Shown: positions 37,697-47,619 of the stretch, in pieces
How positions within the stretch are numbered: the stretch's first letter is position 1
How the letters are laid out: each line of letters begins with the position of its first letter
Assembly: GCA_002688015.1 (NCBI GenBank)
Contig: NZBT01000011.1
Span: 1 to 59,921, forward strand
Source of the DNA: Candidatus Pacearchaeota archaeon
Lineage (GTDB): Archaea > Nanobdellota > Nanobdellia > Pacearchaeales > GW2011-AR1
Direction: 5' to 3'
DNA length: 59,921 nucleotides
Translations under genes and position numbers: made by a program
Notes under the pieces: generated by a model
What the model was told of the DNA's origin: nothing
The model's database searches: none
The model's input: only the letters and a program-made list of their open reading frames with translations

Positions 37697-38371
37697 ATGA
37701 AAGTCTTAATCTTTGACTCCGGACCTTTAATCAATTTTTCAATGAACGGACTCCTATACATTCTTGAAGAACTCAAGAAAAATTTTGACGGAAAATTTAT
37801 TATAACAAAGGATGTCAAGACCGAAGTTCTTGATCGTCCTATAAAGATACAAAGATTTGAACTAGAAGCTTTAAGAATTCAACGCCTTATAGATAACAAA
37901 GTTCTCGAACTCCCTTCTTCTCTTAATATCAATGAATCTGACTTAAATAAAAAAACTTTTGACTTGATGAAATCTGCAAATAATCTATTAGAAAATAAAA
38001 AGAAGAAAATAAAAATTGTAAGTGAAGCAGAAATCTCATGTTTAGCTTTATCTGAAATTCTAAATAAAAAAAACATAGAAAATATCATCGCTATCGATGA
38101 AAGAACAACGCGCCTCCTTTCAGAAGCCCCTCAAGAACTAGAAAAAATAATTTCTAGAAAAATGCATTTTCGAGTTCATTTTTCTTCAAAAGATTTTTCA
38201 AAATTTGAAAAATTCAAATTCATCCGTTCTCCAGAAATTGTTTATGCAGCCCACAAAAAAGACCTTCTCAAAATCAAAGATTCAAGAGCTCTAGAAGCAA
38301 CAATTTACGCAACCAAATTTAAAGGCTCCAGTATAAGCTGGGACGAAATTAAAATTCTTAAGAAGCTCTAA
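37697..38371 (+). CDS. PIN-like domain protein
   Basis: LIFDSGPLI, EAEISCLAL, IDERTTR. Confidence 0.75.
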   Translation: MKVLIFDSGPLINFSMNGLLYILEELKKNFDGKFIITKDVKTEVLDRPIKIQRFELEALRIQRLIDNKVLELPSSLNINESDLNKKTFDLMKSANNLLENKKKKIKIVSEAEISCLALSEILNKKNIENIIAIDERTTRLLSEAPQELEKIISRKMHFRVHFSSKDFSKFEKFKFIRSPEIVYAAHKKDLLKIKDSRALEATIYATKFKGSSISWDEIKILKKL

Positions 38372-38418
38372 TTCTATCAAATACAAACATTTAAGAATCA
38401 CCTCCTACAAAAAAAAAT

Positions 38419-39078
38419 ATGGGAATACCTGCAGATCTTCAATGGAGACTTTTAGAAAGAAATACATCTGAAAAGATAGTTGAAAGAGTAAAAGAAGTTA
38501 AAAAAATAAAGGAAATTACTAGTAAGAAAGATAAAGGTACTTTGTATGATCCAACAACAACTATAGGAATTCTTCAAAATAATATCTACGTCGGTTCAAG
38601 GTATCACACCGGTGAAGGTAAAGAAGGATATATAGCAACATTCTATGATTCCGGAGACCTCATAGAAGAAGATACCTTCTTAATGAAACAAGATTACAAA
38701 TCTACGCTTGGACTCTCCGCTTTCTTTTCCATTGTTGGAATCGGAGTTCCCTTTCTCCTTCACAACCTAAGGCCCTCTGTTTCACAAAGAGCTAAAAAAA
38801 CAAAAGAATTCTTTGATATAGAAAGTAGAATATACCATGCAAACATGATTCAAATAGAAGAACTAGCCGCCCCTATAGAAGTTCATCAAGGATCAATCGA
38901 CGAAGTAGAAAGAATAACTGGAAGATCTCTAAAAGCAGTAGACACAAAACAGTCAGAAAAATACATTGCAGGCGGTAGTATCTTCATTAAAGCCGAAGCA
39001 GCACTATTAGGGGCAGATGCAATTGTACATTATCAATCACATGCAGGAACAGGAACTCCTGTTGAATACTTAGATTAG
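38419..39078 (+). CDS. Hypothetical membrane protein with a YbjQ-like C-terminus
   Basis: One TM; KAEAALLGADAIV...GTPV. Confidence 0.5.
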   Translation: MGIPADLQWRLLERNTSEKIVERVKEVKKIKEITSKKDKGTLYDPTTTIGILQNNIYVGSRYHTGEGKEGYIATFYDSGDLIEEDTFLMKQDYKSTLGLSAFFSIVGIGVPFLLHNLRPSVSQRAKKTKEFFDIESRIYHANMIQIEELAAPIEVHQGSIDEVERITGRSLKAVDTKQSEKYIAGGSIFIKAEAALLGADAIVHYQSHAGTGTPVEYLD

Positions 39079-39081
39079 CAA

Positions 39082-39171
39082 TGGACCCGGAGAGAATCGA
39101 ACTCCCGACTTCTGCTGGCTCTCCGCTTAAAGGCGCTGGAGGCAGGTATTATACCATTTAACTACGGATCC
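39082..39171 (-). tRNA. tRNA-Trp(CCA) with a 19-nt intron (39117-39135)
   Basis: Acceptor GGATCCG/CGGGTCC, anticodon CCA, relaxed BHB helix CTCC/GGAG, T loop TTCGATT. Confidence 0.88.
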
Positions 39172-39638
39172 TTCTGGTGCAACTCTCTATGACAATTAGC
39201 ACACACCAATACACAGCGTTTTACCTCTTTTAAAACATTTTGTTCGGAAGTATTCTTAATCAATTCTGCAATACTGGCATCTTTTTCTTTTGTTTTATGG
39301 TGGAACTCCAATGCCGGAACGCACCGATTATATCCACAAAGGCTACATTTCCCTCCCATCAATTTGACTAACTTCAATTTTATTCTCCAACGCCGATCCA
39401 TTCTCCTTCGATGAACTTTAGACTTATTCTTTAGATAATATCTTTTATCAATGATTTCACGAGGAGTTACATCTCCCATCCTCTTCACTAACATCCCTTT
39501 TCTGCCAACACCCAATCTCACAGCCTTATGTTGAACAGATCTTCTACCCCTTTTCAAATATAAACAAATATCGTCAACATGTACTCTTTTTGAATAATTA
39601 TTGACTAAGTATTTAATATCTCTATCAGTCCATTTCAT
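39162..39638 (-). CDS. HNH endonuclease with an N-terminal Myb/HTH-like domain
   Basis: CSLCGYNRC..ALEFHH..CANCHRELH; N-terminal WT....L...Y..LKRGRRSVQHKAVRLG. Confidence 0.88.
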   Translation of the reverse strand: MKWTDRDIKYLVNNYSKRVHVDDICLYLKRGRRSVQHKAVRLGVGRKGMLVKRMGDVTPREIIDKRYYLKNKSKVHRRRMDRRWRIKLKLVKLMGGKCSLCGYNRCVPALEFHHKTKEKDASIAELIKNTSEQNVLKEVKRCVLVCANCHRELHQKDP

Positions 39639-39769
39639 TACTAATTGAAAACCTTAGCGTATATAAATTCCCCTTACCACTTTCAAGGGTACGATATACT
39701 ACGCACCCTACACTTCTTACAAAATCCCCATTTAAAAAGGTTTATAAAACTCTTTCACTTATCTAAAAT

Positions 39770-40192
39770 ATGCCAAAAAAGAGGACAAAGAAATCCACAA
39801 CTAAAAGGAAAAAAACTTCTGTAAAAAGAAAAGCCCCTGAGAATATAACAAGAGAAATAGCTTCTAATTTAGTAGAATTACAAAAAGTACATACAGATCT
39901 AGCAGGAAAATTTGATAAACTTGCTTCCGAAATATCCTCACTATTAAAACTATTTGAATCAGCAGCAAGATCTTTCGCTTCTCACCCAGCAATAAAATCA
40001 ACCGAAAAAGACAAAGAATTCTTGGACAAAATTGACAAACTCTTAGAACAGAACAAGACAATCGCAAAAGGACTTTCTTTAATGGAAGGAAAAATAAAAG
40101 AAAGAGTTTACGGCTCCCCTGAACAAACACATAATGAATATGCTGAATCAGCCTCTGTCCCTCCTACTGGCCGCCCCCTTCCAAGATTCTAA
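39770..40192 (+). CDS. Hypothetical coiled-coil protein
   Basis: Basic N-terminus; heptad-rich core. Confidence 0.7.
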   Translation: MPKKRTKKSTTKRKKTSVKRKAPENITREIASNLVELQKVHTDLAGKFDKLASEISSLLKLFESAARSFASHPAIKSTEKDKEFLDKIDKLLEQNKTIAKGLSLMEGKIKERVYGSPEQTHNEYAESASVPPTGRPLPRF

Positions 40193-40194
40193 CC

Positions 40195-40743
40195 ATGATA
40201 AAAAAAAGAGATATTAGAAAAATATTCATAATTCAATTTGTAAAGTCTTTAGCTTCCAATTATAAACCTCTTCCTGAAGTTAAATTCCCTGAAGAAATCG
40301 TTATTTCCAACTATAAAGAACATAAAAAAACAAATCAAAAAGTAAAGGAATTTGAGAAAGTAGTTCCTTTGCCAAATCTCCCTGATCTTCCCGAACTCCC
40401 TCCCCTTCCCCTTATTCCAAACATGCCTCAAATGCAAACCCTTTCCATACAAGAGCCTATACAAAGGATTACTTTACTATTGAGAGATCCATCAACAGTA
40501 GGTCTAGAATGTCCAGGCCCTGGAAAACACATTTTGATAAACCGCTCAGGACAAATTCAAGTATCTCCAATCGTTCTATCAGAAATACAAATAGATGAAA
40601 CAATACAACACATCTCTCAAAGAACAAAAGTTCCCATCATTCCAGGAATATTCAAAGCAGTTCTTGGAAATCTATTAGTGACTGCAGTTATTTCAGATCT
40701 CGTAGGAACAAGATTCATAATTCAAAAAAGAGCTCCTTTTTAA
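40195..40743 (+). CDS. Hypothetical protein resembling the N-terminal domain of VirB11/FlaI-type ATPases (no P-loop)
   Basis: ITLLLRDPSTVGLECPGPGKHILI; Pro-rich linker. Confidence 0.55.
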   Translation: MIKKRDIRKIFIIQFVKSLASNYKPLPEVKFPEEIVISNYKEHKKTNQKVKEFEKVVPLPNLPDLPELPPLPLIPNMPQMQTLSIQEPIQRITLLLRDPSTVGLECPGPGKHILINRSGQIQVSPIVLSEIQIDETIQHISQRTKVPIIPGIFKAVLGNLLVTAVISDLVGTRFIIQKRAPF

Positions 40744-40763
40744 TCTATTTGTAAAATTATATT

Positions 40764-43700
40764 CTAATCTATCGATTCACGAAACTGTCTACCTAATCTC
40801 TTCAAAATCTTTTCTTTATCAATACTATGTCCAAACTTAAAAATCGAAAACTGCTCATTTAATCTCCAGAAAATAACAACTACAGTTAAAAGTAAGGCTG
40901 CCCATAATCCAAAGTCTGAAATCAAATCTATGTCAATCAAGAAACTCAAAGGAGAAGTTCTCTTATCTAATACACAACCCTTACAATCTCCTCCACAATC
41001 AACACTTTCCTCAGTTTCATCTAAAACGGCATTAGAACAACTCTCAGGATAAATTGAATCTGATTGAACAAAACTAATATCTAATTCTCCATCTTCCTTC
41101 CAAGAATCTATATCTATCACAGCTCCGGTTAATCCTGTCTTTCTATCTCTAATCGTGGCTCTACTTCCGCCACCGCCTCCTCCTCCTCCAGGTCCAGGAG
41201 GCCCTGTAACAGTAACAACAGGGGGAAGAACAGTCTGCTCAGGATCTATAATAGAATCACCATCTGAATCTAAATCATCATCATTATCGATTCCATCTCC
41301 ATCTATATCGCTATCATTCTCATTATCGATTCCGTCTCCATCCACATCTTCATCATCTCCATTCAAAACTCCATCATTATCGACATCCCCATCATCTCCA
41401 TTGTCGACACCATCTCCATCAGTATCAGTGTCATTTTCATTGTCAATTCCGTCTCCATCCATGTCATCATCTTCATCATTCGAAATACCATCATCATCTC
41501 TATCATCATCAACTTCTTCTCCATAATCTAAAACTCCATCTGAATCATCGTCTGAATCATCTTCGTTTGGAATTCCATCTCCATCCATGTCATCATCTTC
41601 ATCATTGTCAATTCCATCTCCGTCTAAATCATCATCTTCATCATTCGGAATACCATCATCATCCAAATCATCATCAATGGTTCCATCATCATCAGTTCCA
41701 TCATCAATAACTTCACAGTCAATTGCACAATTATCTAAACTCTCTCCACTGCCACAAATACTATCTCCACAACAATTGTATTCCAATGTACATCCATTCT
41801 CATCAATTTCTGAAATAATTAAATCCCCACTACAAGCAGGCTCATCAACAAGATCACATGAAAAACCTATTCTACAATCAGAAGCACAATTATCTGAAGT
41901 CTCTCCTTCTTCTGATTCGCAAACATCATTTCCACAACAAGTATAGTCTAGAACACAAGAATTCCCATCAATACTATTAATAATAGGATCTCCTCCAGAA
42001 CAAGAAGGCTCTGCCTGGGCACAAACTAAAGGACAATCAGCAGCACAATTATCAAATGCCTCTCCTAAATCTTCCTCACACTCCTTATTTCCGCAAACAA
42101 AGGTACATTCCAAAGTTCCACAACTTGTCATACAGCCAGTCTCATCAATTACAGGATTAATATATCCACATCCTTCAGCAAGAGCCTCACAATAAAGAGG
42201 ACTACAAGCAGCTTCTGGCTGACATTCAGAATTACACCCATCTCCATTTACTAAATTCCCATCATCACACTCCTCAACTCCAAATTCAATAAACCCATCT
42301 CCGCATTCTGCATTAACACATTCTCCCTCTCCTACAATACAACTATCAGTATTGATACTATTTCCATCATCACATTCTTCTCCAGAATCGACATTTCCAT
42401 TCCCACATTCTGGAGGCAAAATTCTACACTCATATCTTACAACACACTCTGTAACTTCATCAACTATCTCAATCCTCTCTTGATCAACAGAACATCCAAT
42501 ATCATTAACAACAGGACATTGTGATACACATTCAGATCCTAAACTACACCCATTCTCATCATCTCCCAAACTAACCAACTCTTCTCCTTCTGCACAAGCA
42601 GGAATTGCGACAGGAGGACATTCAGTTTTACAATCAGCAGAACAATAATACTCACTATTTACATCATTCTCTCCCAATAACTCCTCGCAAATGTCATTCC
42701 CACATTCAGGCTCTTGAACTAAAGTACATGAATCATATTCATATTGCCCATAATCACATCTATCATTATAGCAATAAGCTGTTGCTCTTCTTCCTTCCGT
42801 AGGATCATAATCTACAGATAAAATACTATTACTATTTCCTAGTGGATCACAGCTTTCTCCCTCAATAGGATCACAAGTTATTGGGAAGCCTTGATCACAA
42901 CTAACTTCCTGCTCTTCATCTCTACATCCCTCTTCTCCATATAAAGCATAATCTTCTTCAGTACATTCATGTCCATCAAGATCATCACACACTCCATCAT
43001 AATCAATCTCAATCTCTGTCTTTTCAGCCAAACAACTATTCCCATAGGTTTCCCCATCAACTCCACAAACAGGATCTTCTACATTAGGACAAGCAACAAC
43101 ACAATCTCCATCTTCTAAATCAATCAAACCATCAGAATCATTATCAATTCCATCATCACATATCTCCACAGGAATAGTCTCACAATATCCTTCATTACAT
43201 TCTTCCCCTTCTGTACATTCACTATCTAAAATACAAGAATCTCTATCATCAGAAACACATAATCCTGTATCAAGCTCGCAAATCTCTCCTTCTGCACACT
43301 CCTTCTCCGTACCTTGGCAAATTCCTACATCTGAACAAGAATCAAACCTCGTACAAGAATTTCCATCATTACATGCATTTCCATTAGGTTTAAGAGTATT
43401 AACACATCCTTCAACAGAATCACATCTATCACTTGTACAAGAATTTCCATCATTACATTCTAAATTAGTTTTACAAGAATCTATTTCTCTACACTCATAT
43501 CCTATAACACAACCAGTATCTTCATCAATTATTTCATAACTTTCCCGACCACTTGAACAACCAACATCAATAATTACCGGACACGCAAAACAATCTACAG
43601 CACAATTCTCAGCTGTCTCTCCTAAAGCTTCTTCACACTGTCCATTCCCACACTTCTCCTTTGGAAGAATACACTGACAATCTATAAAGAATCCTCCAGA

Positions 43701-46700
43701 ACAAGAATAAATTCCTCCTTTATCCTCACACTTTTTCCTATCTTCATCAATTCTACTTCTAAATTTACAATCTCCGGTACAATCTTGAGAGAAAAGAGAA
43801 AATGTTCCAGCATCACAATCTTCATCAGGATAATCAATATTCCCATCTCCACAACTTCCCCCTCCAAACGTTGCTTGCTTACACTCAAAACTACAATAAC
43901 TACATTCCCTCCTATACTCTGGAGTACAACCAACCCCGTTAAGTGGCCCTGCGTCACATCCTTCATTTTCTTCTAAAATTCCATTCCCACATACTGGATC
44001 TTTAGGATCCTCAATGTCAGAACAATCACAATACTTTTCAGATTCTCTTGTAAAGAAGTTTATCAAACTAAACTTCTCTTTCTCTGTACACCCATCAGTA
44101 ATCTGCTGAGGAGTACAAACCTGCCCTGGTTCAGGACACCAAATTTCCCCACAATCCGTCAAACAACTATTTTCATCATATTCTGGATTAATATAATTAC
44201 ATCCCTCATTTTCAGGATCAGGATCAGCACAAACTATCTTCATCTCAACACACTTATCTTCATCATCCCCTCCACCATCATCAGGAAGAGTACAACAAAC
44301 ACCCTGTCCATTATTACAATCATATGTTCCAGGGCCTATTCCTCCTTCTTCAGTACAAGCAAATTTTGACATACAAACACTTCCTCCAGAACATCCATCA
44401 TCTCCTCCACCATCATCATCAAGAACACATTTACAAGTCTCTCCTATTCCAAAGAATCCTCCAGTACATTCTTCGACAAAACCAATATCACATTCTTCTC
44501 CATCTGGAACACATTCCCCATTATAAGCAATATCAATATCTTTCCCAGACTCCCACGCCTTCTTAATCTTACACTGATTCCCATAAGTAACTCCATCAGT
44601 TCCACAAACAGGAGCATAAACAGTAGAACATATGATCCCATCATCATTAGGAACACATGCACATTTCTCTCCAAATCCCAAAAATCCTCCTGAACATTCT
44701 TCAACTTGTCCTATATTACATCCCTCATCTCCTTTTTCAACTTCACAAAATACAGAACAACCATCCCCATTAATCAAATTCCCATCATCACAACTTTCCC
44801 CCGAATCCAAATCACCATTTCCACACACAGGATCTCCACTCTCTCCTCCACCTCCACCATACCCACTTTCTCCCACAGCAGGACTCACCAAATCCAAAAC
44901 TTGTGATGTTTCAAATCCTCCCAATCTTCCAGCCTCAACATCATGTATCTTAGTATTAGCAACTAAAGCTTGTCTAATCAAACTTCCTTTCCCATTTCCT
45001 CCTCCAATCTTCTTATTCGCACTCCCTTCCAAACTACACTTAGCAACATCAACACACTTTCTTTTTATCTTTCCATTAAGTGGCTCACTCCAATCTCCAC
45101 ACACCCATACAGGCTCACAAACTTCAAGAACACAAGAATTCCTATCCTCAATAGTTCCTGAGCAACCTTCAGCATTCCCAATTAAAGAACAGGTTCTCGT
45201 CCTCTCCTTATCAACAGGATCACAAGTACTCCATTCTCCACAATCTCTCTGACAATCCTCAACAAGAATTATAGCTTCATCTTTCTTCTCCTCTTTCTTA
45301 GTAACTGTACTTCCTCCACCTCCGCCGCCCCCTCCCCCGGAAGAAACAGCTGCAGGCACAGCAACTGTATAACTAACATTCGTCGTAAAGTTCCTATTCC
45401 CAGCATAATCATTACAATAAGCCCATAAAACAAAATCCGCATTCGCATTTCCAGTTCTTGCAATAGTAAAATCAACCTTCCCATTATCTTCTAAAGTACC
45501 ATTCGTCAATCCAGCATCAATACTATAAACACAAGCTCCCCCATCCCCATCCTCAAGAGTAATATTAATATCAACAGTACTCGATGTATATGTCGTTGAA
45601 GCAACAGGAGAATTTATTGTAACATTAGGTGTTGTTGCATCATAAACAAAAGTCACATTCTCTGTATAATTCGCATTTGCACTTGTATCATTAACATAAG
45701 CATAAAATGTCCACTGCCCCTCCGCCATTGTAGCGTTTGTAGCGTTGTGCATCTCTCCAAAGAATGTGCTCTCATTTCCACTCATAGAGAAATTATTCAA
45801 ACCATTATCAAAACTATAAGAAGCAGTTCCATTCTCATTTATAGTTATATTCCAATCCAGCGACAAATTCGCACTTCCATAGCTCACATTCCCGGGGAAG
45901 TTTATTGTTATCACAGGCCCAGTGCTGTCGGTTGTATCAGCGGCCAAGGACAAATTCCCATAATGATGTAATTTATTATCTCCTCCTCCAACATAAACAG
46001 AGCCTCCAACAATAATTGGAGAAGACCTAAGATCTGTTATCGATACAAATGCAACCCCGCTTGTCAGATTTGTGGCATTAAACTGATAAAGTCCTGCGGG
46101 ATTATTTGAAGATATAAATAGATAATCATCATTGACTGCAGAAAATTTAGCAACAGTATTTGTAATAGGAGAGGAAATATTCGCAATAATTGTACTTACG
46201 TTTGTTGCATTAAGTTGATAAAGCCTATCAGAAGCAAGGGCGAAAACTGAATTCCCTCTTATTGCAGGAGCAAGAGAATTAAAACCAAAGTTTATAGCAG
46301 TTATGGCTCTACTTACATTTGTAGAATTTAATTGATACAAAACAGATTCTTCAACAAAATAAATCGATTCTCCTGAAAGACCTATATCTCCAAGAGTTGT
46401 AGGAGCCCCTGCCGTAATTGAATAAGTGTTGATGAGATTACTGACGTTTGTTGAATTCAATTGATACACAATAACCGATGATCCAGCGCCTACATCCTTT
46501 ATGATAGCCGTATAAGCATTCCCATTAGAGACAATAAAAGACTTCGAACCCTCAGGATTAGCATTCGGAGTATAAAGAGTATAATTATTAATTAACTCAC
46601 TAATATTTGTTGCATTAAGTTGATAGGCCTGACCATCAAATGAAGCCATATAAACATACCCATCTTCTATAGTAGGGGAAGCGCCATCGGGGCTTTCAGT

Positions 46701-47282
46701 AAGATTATACTTATTAATCAAATGACTAGCATTTGTCGCATTAACTTGATAAAGGTGCTCATCATCGCTTCCAAAATATACAAAACCTCCAGCATAAGCT
46801 GGAGAAGAATCAATATCCCCTCCAGTAGTATAGTTAGCCAAATACTGGCTCACATTACTCGCGTTAACCTGATAAAATGCATCATCCCTTGATCCAAAGT
46901 AGATAGAATTATTAACAACAATAGGTGTACTAGCTATTGCGCCGCTAGCAGTATAAGCAAGAGTATCAGTGGCGCTGATATTTTCGGGAGTACTTGAATT
47001 CGTATAACTGCTGTGATTCAAATGTCTCCCAAACATCGACCATTCATCCTCAAATAAAGAATTTGAACTAGATACTCCATTTATTCCCTCTCCAAAAACA
47101 ACAGAAGCAAAAACTACAGTCAAGAATAAAATTAACAAACTAGCAACAACAGTTTTCTTCAAACCCAAACTCAATTTCTTTCCGATATATCGTTTCTTAA
47201 CCTTGTCCCCTTCCCTATAAGATTCATAATAATAGGGCCCATGCAATTTACCGTTTTTCCTTACAAATCTTTTATGAACCAT
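40764..47282 (-). CDS. Giant modular cell-surface protein (PQQ-type propeller, Ig-like, Cys-rich, Kazal and TSP3 repeats)
   Basis: WSMFG/SSP..G.VYFGSDD propeller; CGNG....E.CDDGN..NGDGC repeats; PVCG.DG.TYGN.C Kazal x2; D.DGDGI.N repeats; TM near both ends. Confidence 0.9.
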   Translation of the reverse strand: MVHKRFVRKNGKLHGPYYYESYREGDKVKKRYIGKKLSLGLKKTVVASLLILFLTVVFASVVFGEGINGVSSSNSLFEDEWSMFGRHLNHSSYTNSSTPENISATDTLAYTASGAIASTPIVVNNSIYFGSRDDAFYQVNASNVSQYLANYTTGGDIDSSPAYAGGFVYFGSDDEHLYQVNATNASHLINKYNLTESPDGASPTIEDGYVYMASFDGQAYQLNATNISELINNYTLYTPNANPEGSKSFIVSNGNAYTAIIKDVGAGSSVIVYQLNSTNVSNLINTYSITAGAPTTLGDIGLSGESIYFVEESVLYQLNSTNVSRAITAINFGFNSLAPAIRGNSVFALASDRLYQLNATNVSTIIANISSPITNTVAKFSAVNDDYLFISSNNPAGLYQFNATNLTSGVAFVSITDLRSSPIIVGGSVYVGGGDNKLHHYGNLSLAADTTDSTGPVITINFPGNVSYGSANLSLDWNITINENGTASYSFDNGLNNFSMSGNESTFFGEMHNATNATMAEGQWTFYAYVNDTSANANYTENVTFVYDATTPNVTINSPVASTTYTSSTVDINITLEDGDGGACVYSIDAGLTNGTLEDNGKVDFTIARTGNANADFVLWAYCNDYAGNRNFTTNVSYTVAVPAAVSSGGGGGGGGGSTVTKKEEKKDEAIILVEDCQRDCGEWSTCDPVDKERTRTCSLIGNAEGCSGTIEDRNSCVLEVCEPVWVCGDWSEPLNGKIKRKCVDVAKCSLEGSANKKIGGGNGKGSLIRQALVANTKIHDVEAGRLGGFETSQVLDLVSPAVGESGYGGGGGESGDPVCGNGDLDSGESCDDGNLINGDGCSVFCEVEKGDEGCNIGQVEECSGGFLGFGEKCACVPNDDGIICSTVYAPVCGTDGVTYGNQCKIKKAWESGKDIDIAYNGECVPDGEECDIGFVEECTGGFFGIGETCKCVLDDDGGGDDGCSGGSVCMSKFACTEEGGIGPGTYDCNNGQGVCCTLPDDGGGDDEDKCVEMKIVCADPDPENEGCNYINPEYDENSCLTDCGEIWCPEPGQVCTPQQITDGCTEKEKFSLINFFTRESEKYCDCSDIEDPKDPVCGNGILEENEGCDAGPLNGVGCTPEYRRECSYCSFECKQATFGGGSCGDGNIDYPDEDCDAGTFSLFSQDCTGDCKFRSRIDEDRKKCEDKGGIYSCSGGFFIDCQCILPKEKCGNGQCEEALGETAENCAVDCFACPVIIDVGCSSGRESYEIIDEDTGCVIGYECREIDSCKTNLECNDGNSCTSDRCDSVEGCVNTLKPNGNACNDGNSCTRFDSCSDVGICQGTEKECAEGEICELDTGLCVSDDRDSCILDSECTEGEECNEGYCETIPVEICDDGIDNDSDGLIDLEDGDCVVACPNVEDPVCGVDGETYGNSCLAEKTEIEIDYDGVCDDLDGHECTEEDYALYGEEGCRDEEQEVSCDQGFPITCDPIEGESCDPLGNSNSILSVDYDPTEGRRATAYCYNDRCDYGQYEYDSCTLVQEPECGNDICEELLGENDVNSEYYCSADCKTECPPVAIPACAEGEELVSLGDDENGCSLGSECVSQCPVVNDIGCSVDQERIEIVDEVTECVVRYECRILPPECGNGNVDSGEECDDGNSINTDSCIVGEGECVNAECGDGFIEFGVEECDDGNLVNGDGCNSECQPEAACSPLYCEALAEGCGYINPVIDETGCMTSCGTLECTFVCGNKECEEDLGEAFDNCAADCPLVCAQAEPSCSGGDPIINSIDGNSCVLDYTCCGNDVCESEEGETSDNCASDCRIGFSCDLVDEPACSGDLIISEIDENGCTLEYNCCGDSICGSGESLDNCAIDCEVIDDGTDDDGTIDDDLDDDGIPNDEDDDLDGDGIDNDEDDDMDGDGIPNEDDSDDDSDGVLDYGEEVDDDRDDDGISNDEDDDMDGDGIDNENDTDTDGDGVDNGDDGDVDNDGVLNGDDEDVDGDGIDNENDSDIDGDGIDNDDDLDSDGDSIIDPEQTVLPPVVTVTGPPGPGGGGGGGGSRATIRDRKTGLTGAVIDIDSWKEDGELDISFVQSDSIYPESCSNAVLDETEESVDCGGDCKGCVLDKRTSPLSFLIDIDLISDFGLWAALLLTVVVIFWRLNEQFSIFKFGHSIDKEKILKRLGRQFRESID
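41250..41700 (-). repeat. Tandem thrombospondin type-3-like Ca-binding repeats (coding)
   Basis: About 10 copies of DxDxDG[IV]xNxxD; boundaries approximate. Confidence 0.85.
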
Positions 47283-47619
47283 GTAGAGTAACTACTCAAA
47301 TCCTCTTTTTTACTACCCAAACAAGCAAAAATACCTATTTAAAGGTTGTTCTACAAAAATTATTAACCTTTTTTCTCAGAAACAGCACCAACATACTCTT
47401 TTAGCTCTTCCAAACTAACACTTCCAACTTTCTTAGAATCTCCAAATAGCACCAAATCAACTCCTTCAAATCTATTAAGTCTTGAAACATACAACTTCGC
47501 TCTTTCTACACTATAATCAAAATCAACCCTTAGAGACAACAGTATCAAACAACTAAAACTCTTTTCTCCACAACAATTAATCTTAAATACCTTAATTTTT
47601 ATCCATTTCAGTAGTAAAA

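Noticed and set aside
41155-45971. Plus-strand Ser/Pro-rich ORFs (e.g. 41155-41526, 41587-41946, 44632-45252)
   Set aside because: Antisense shadows of the Asp/Gly/Cys-rich giant gene.
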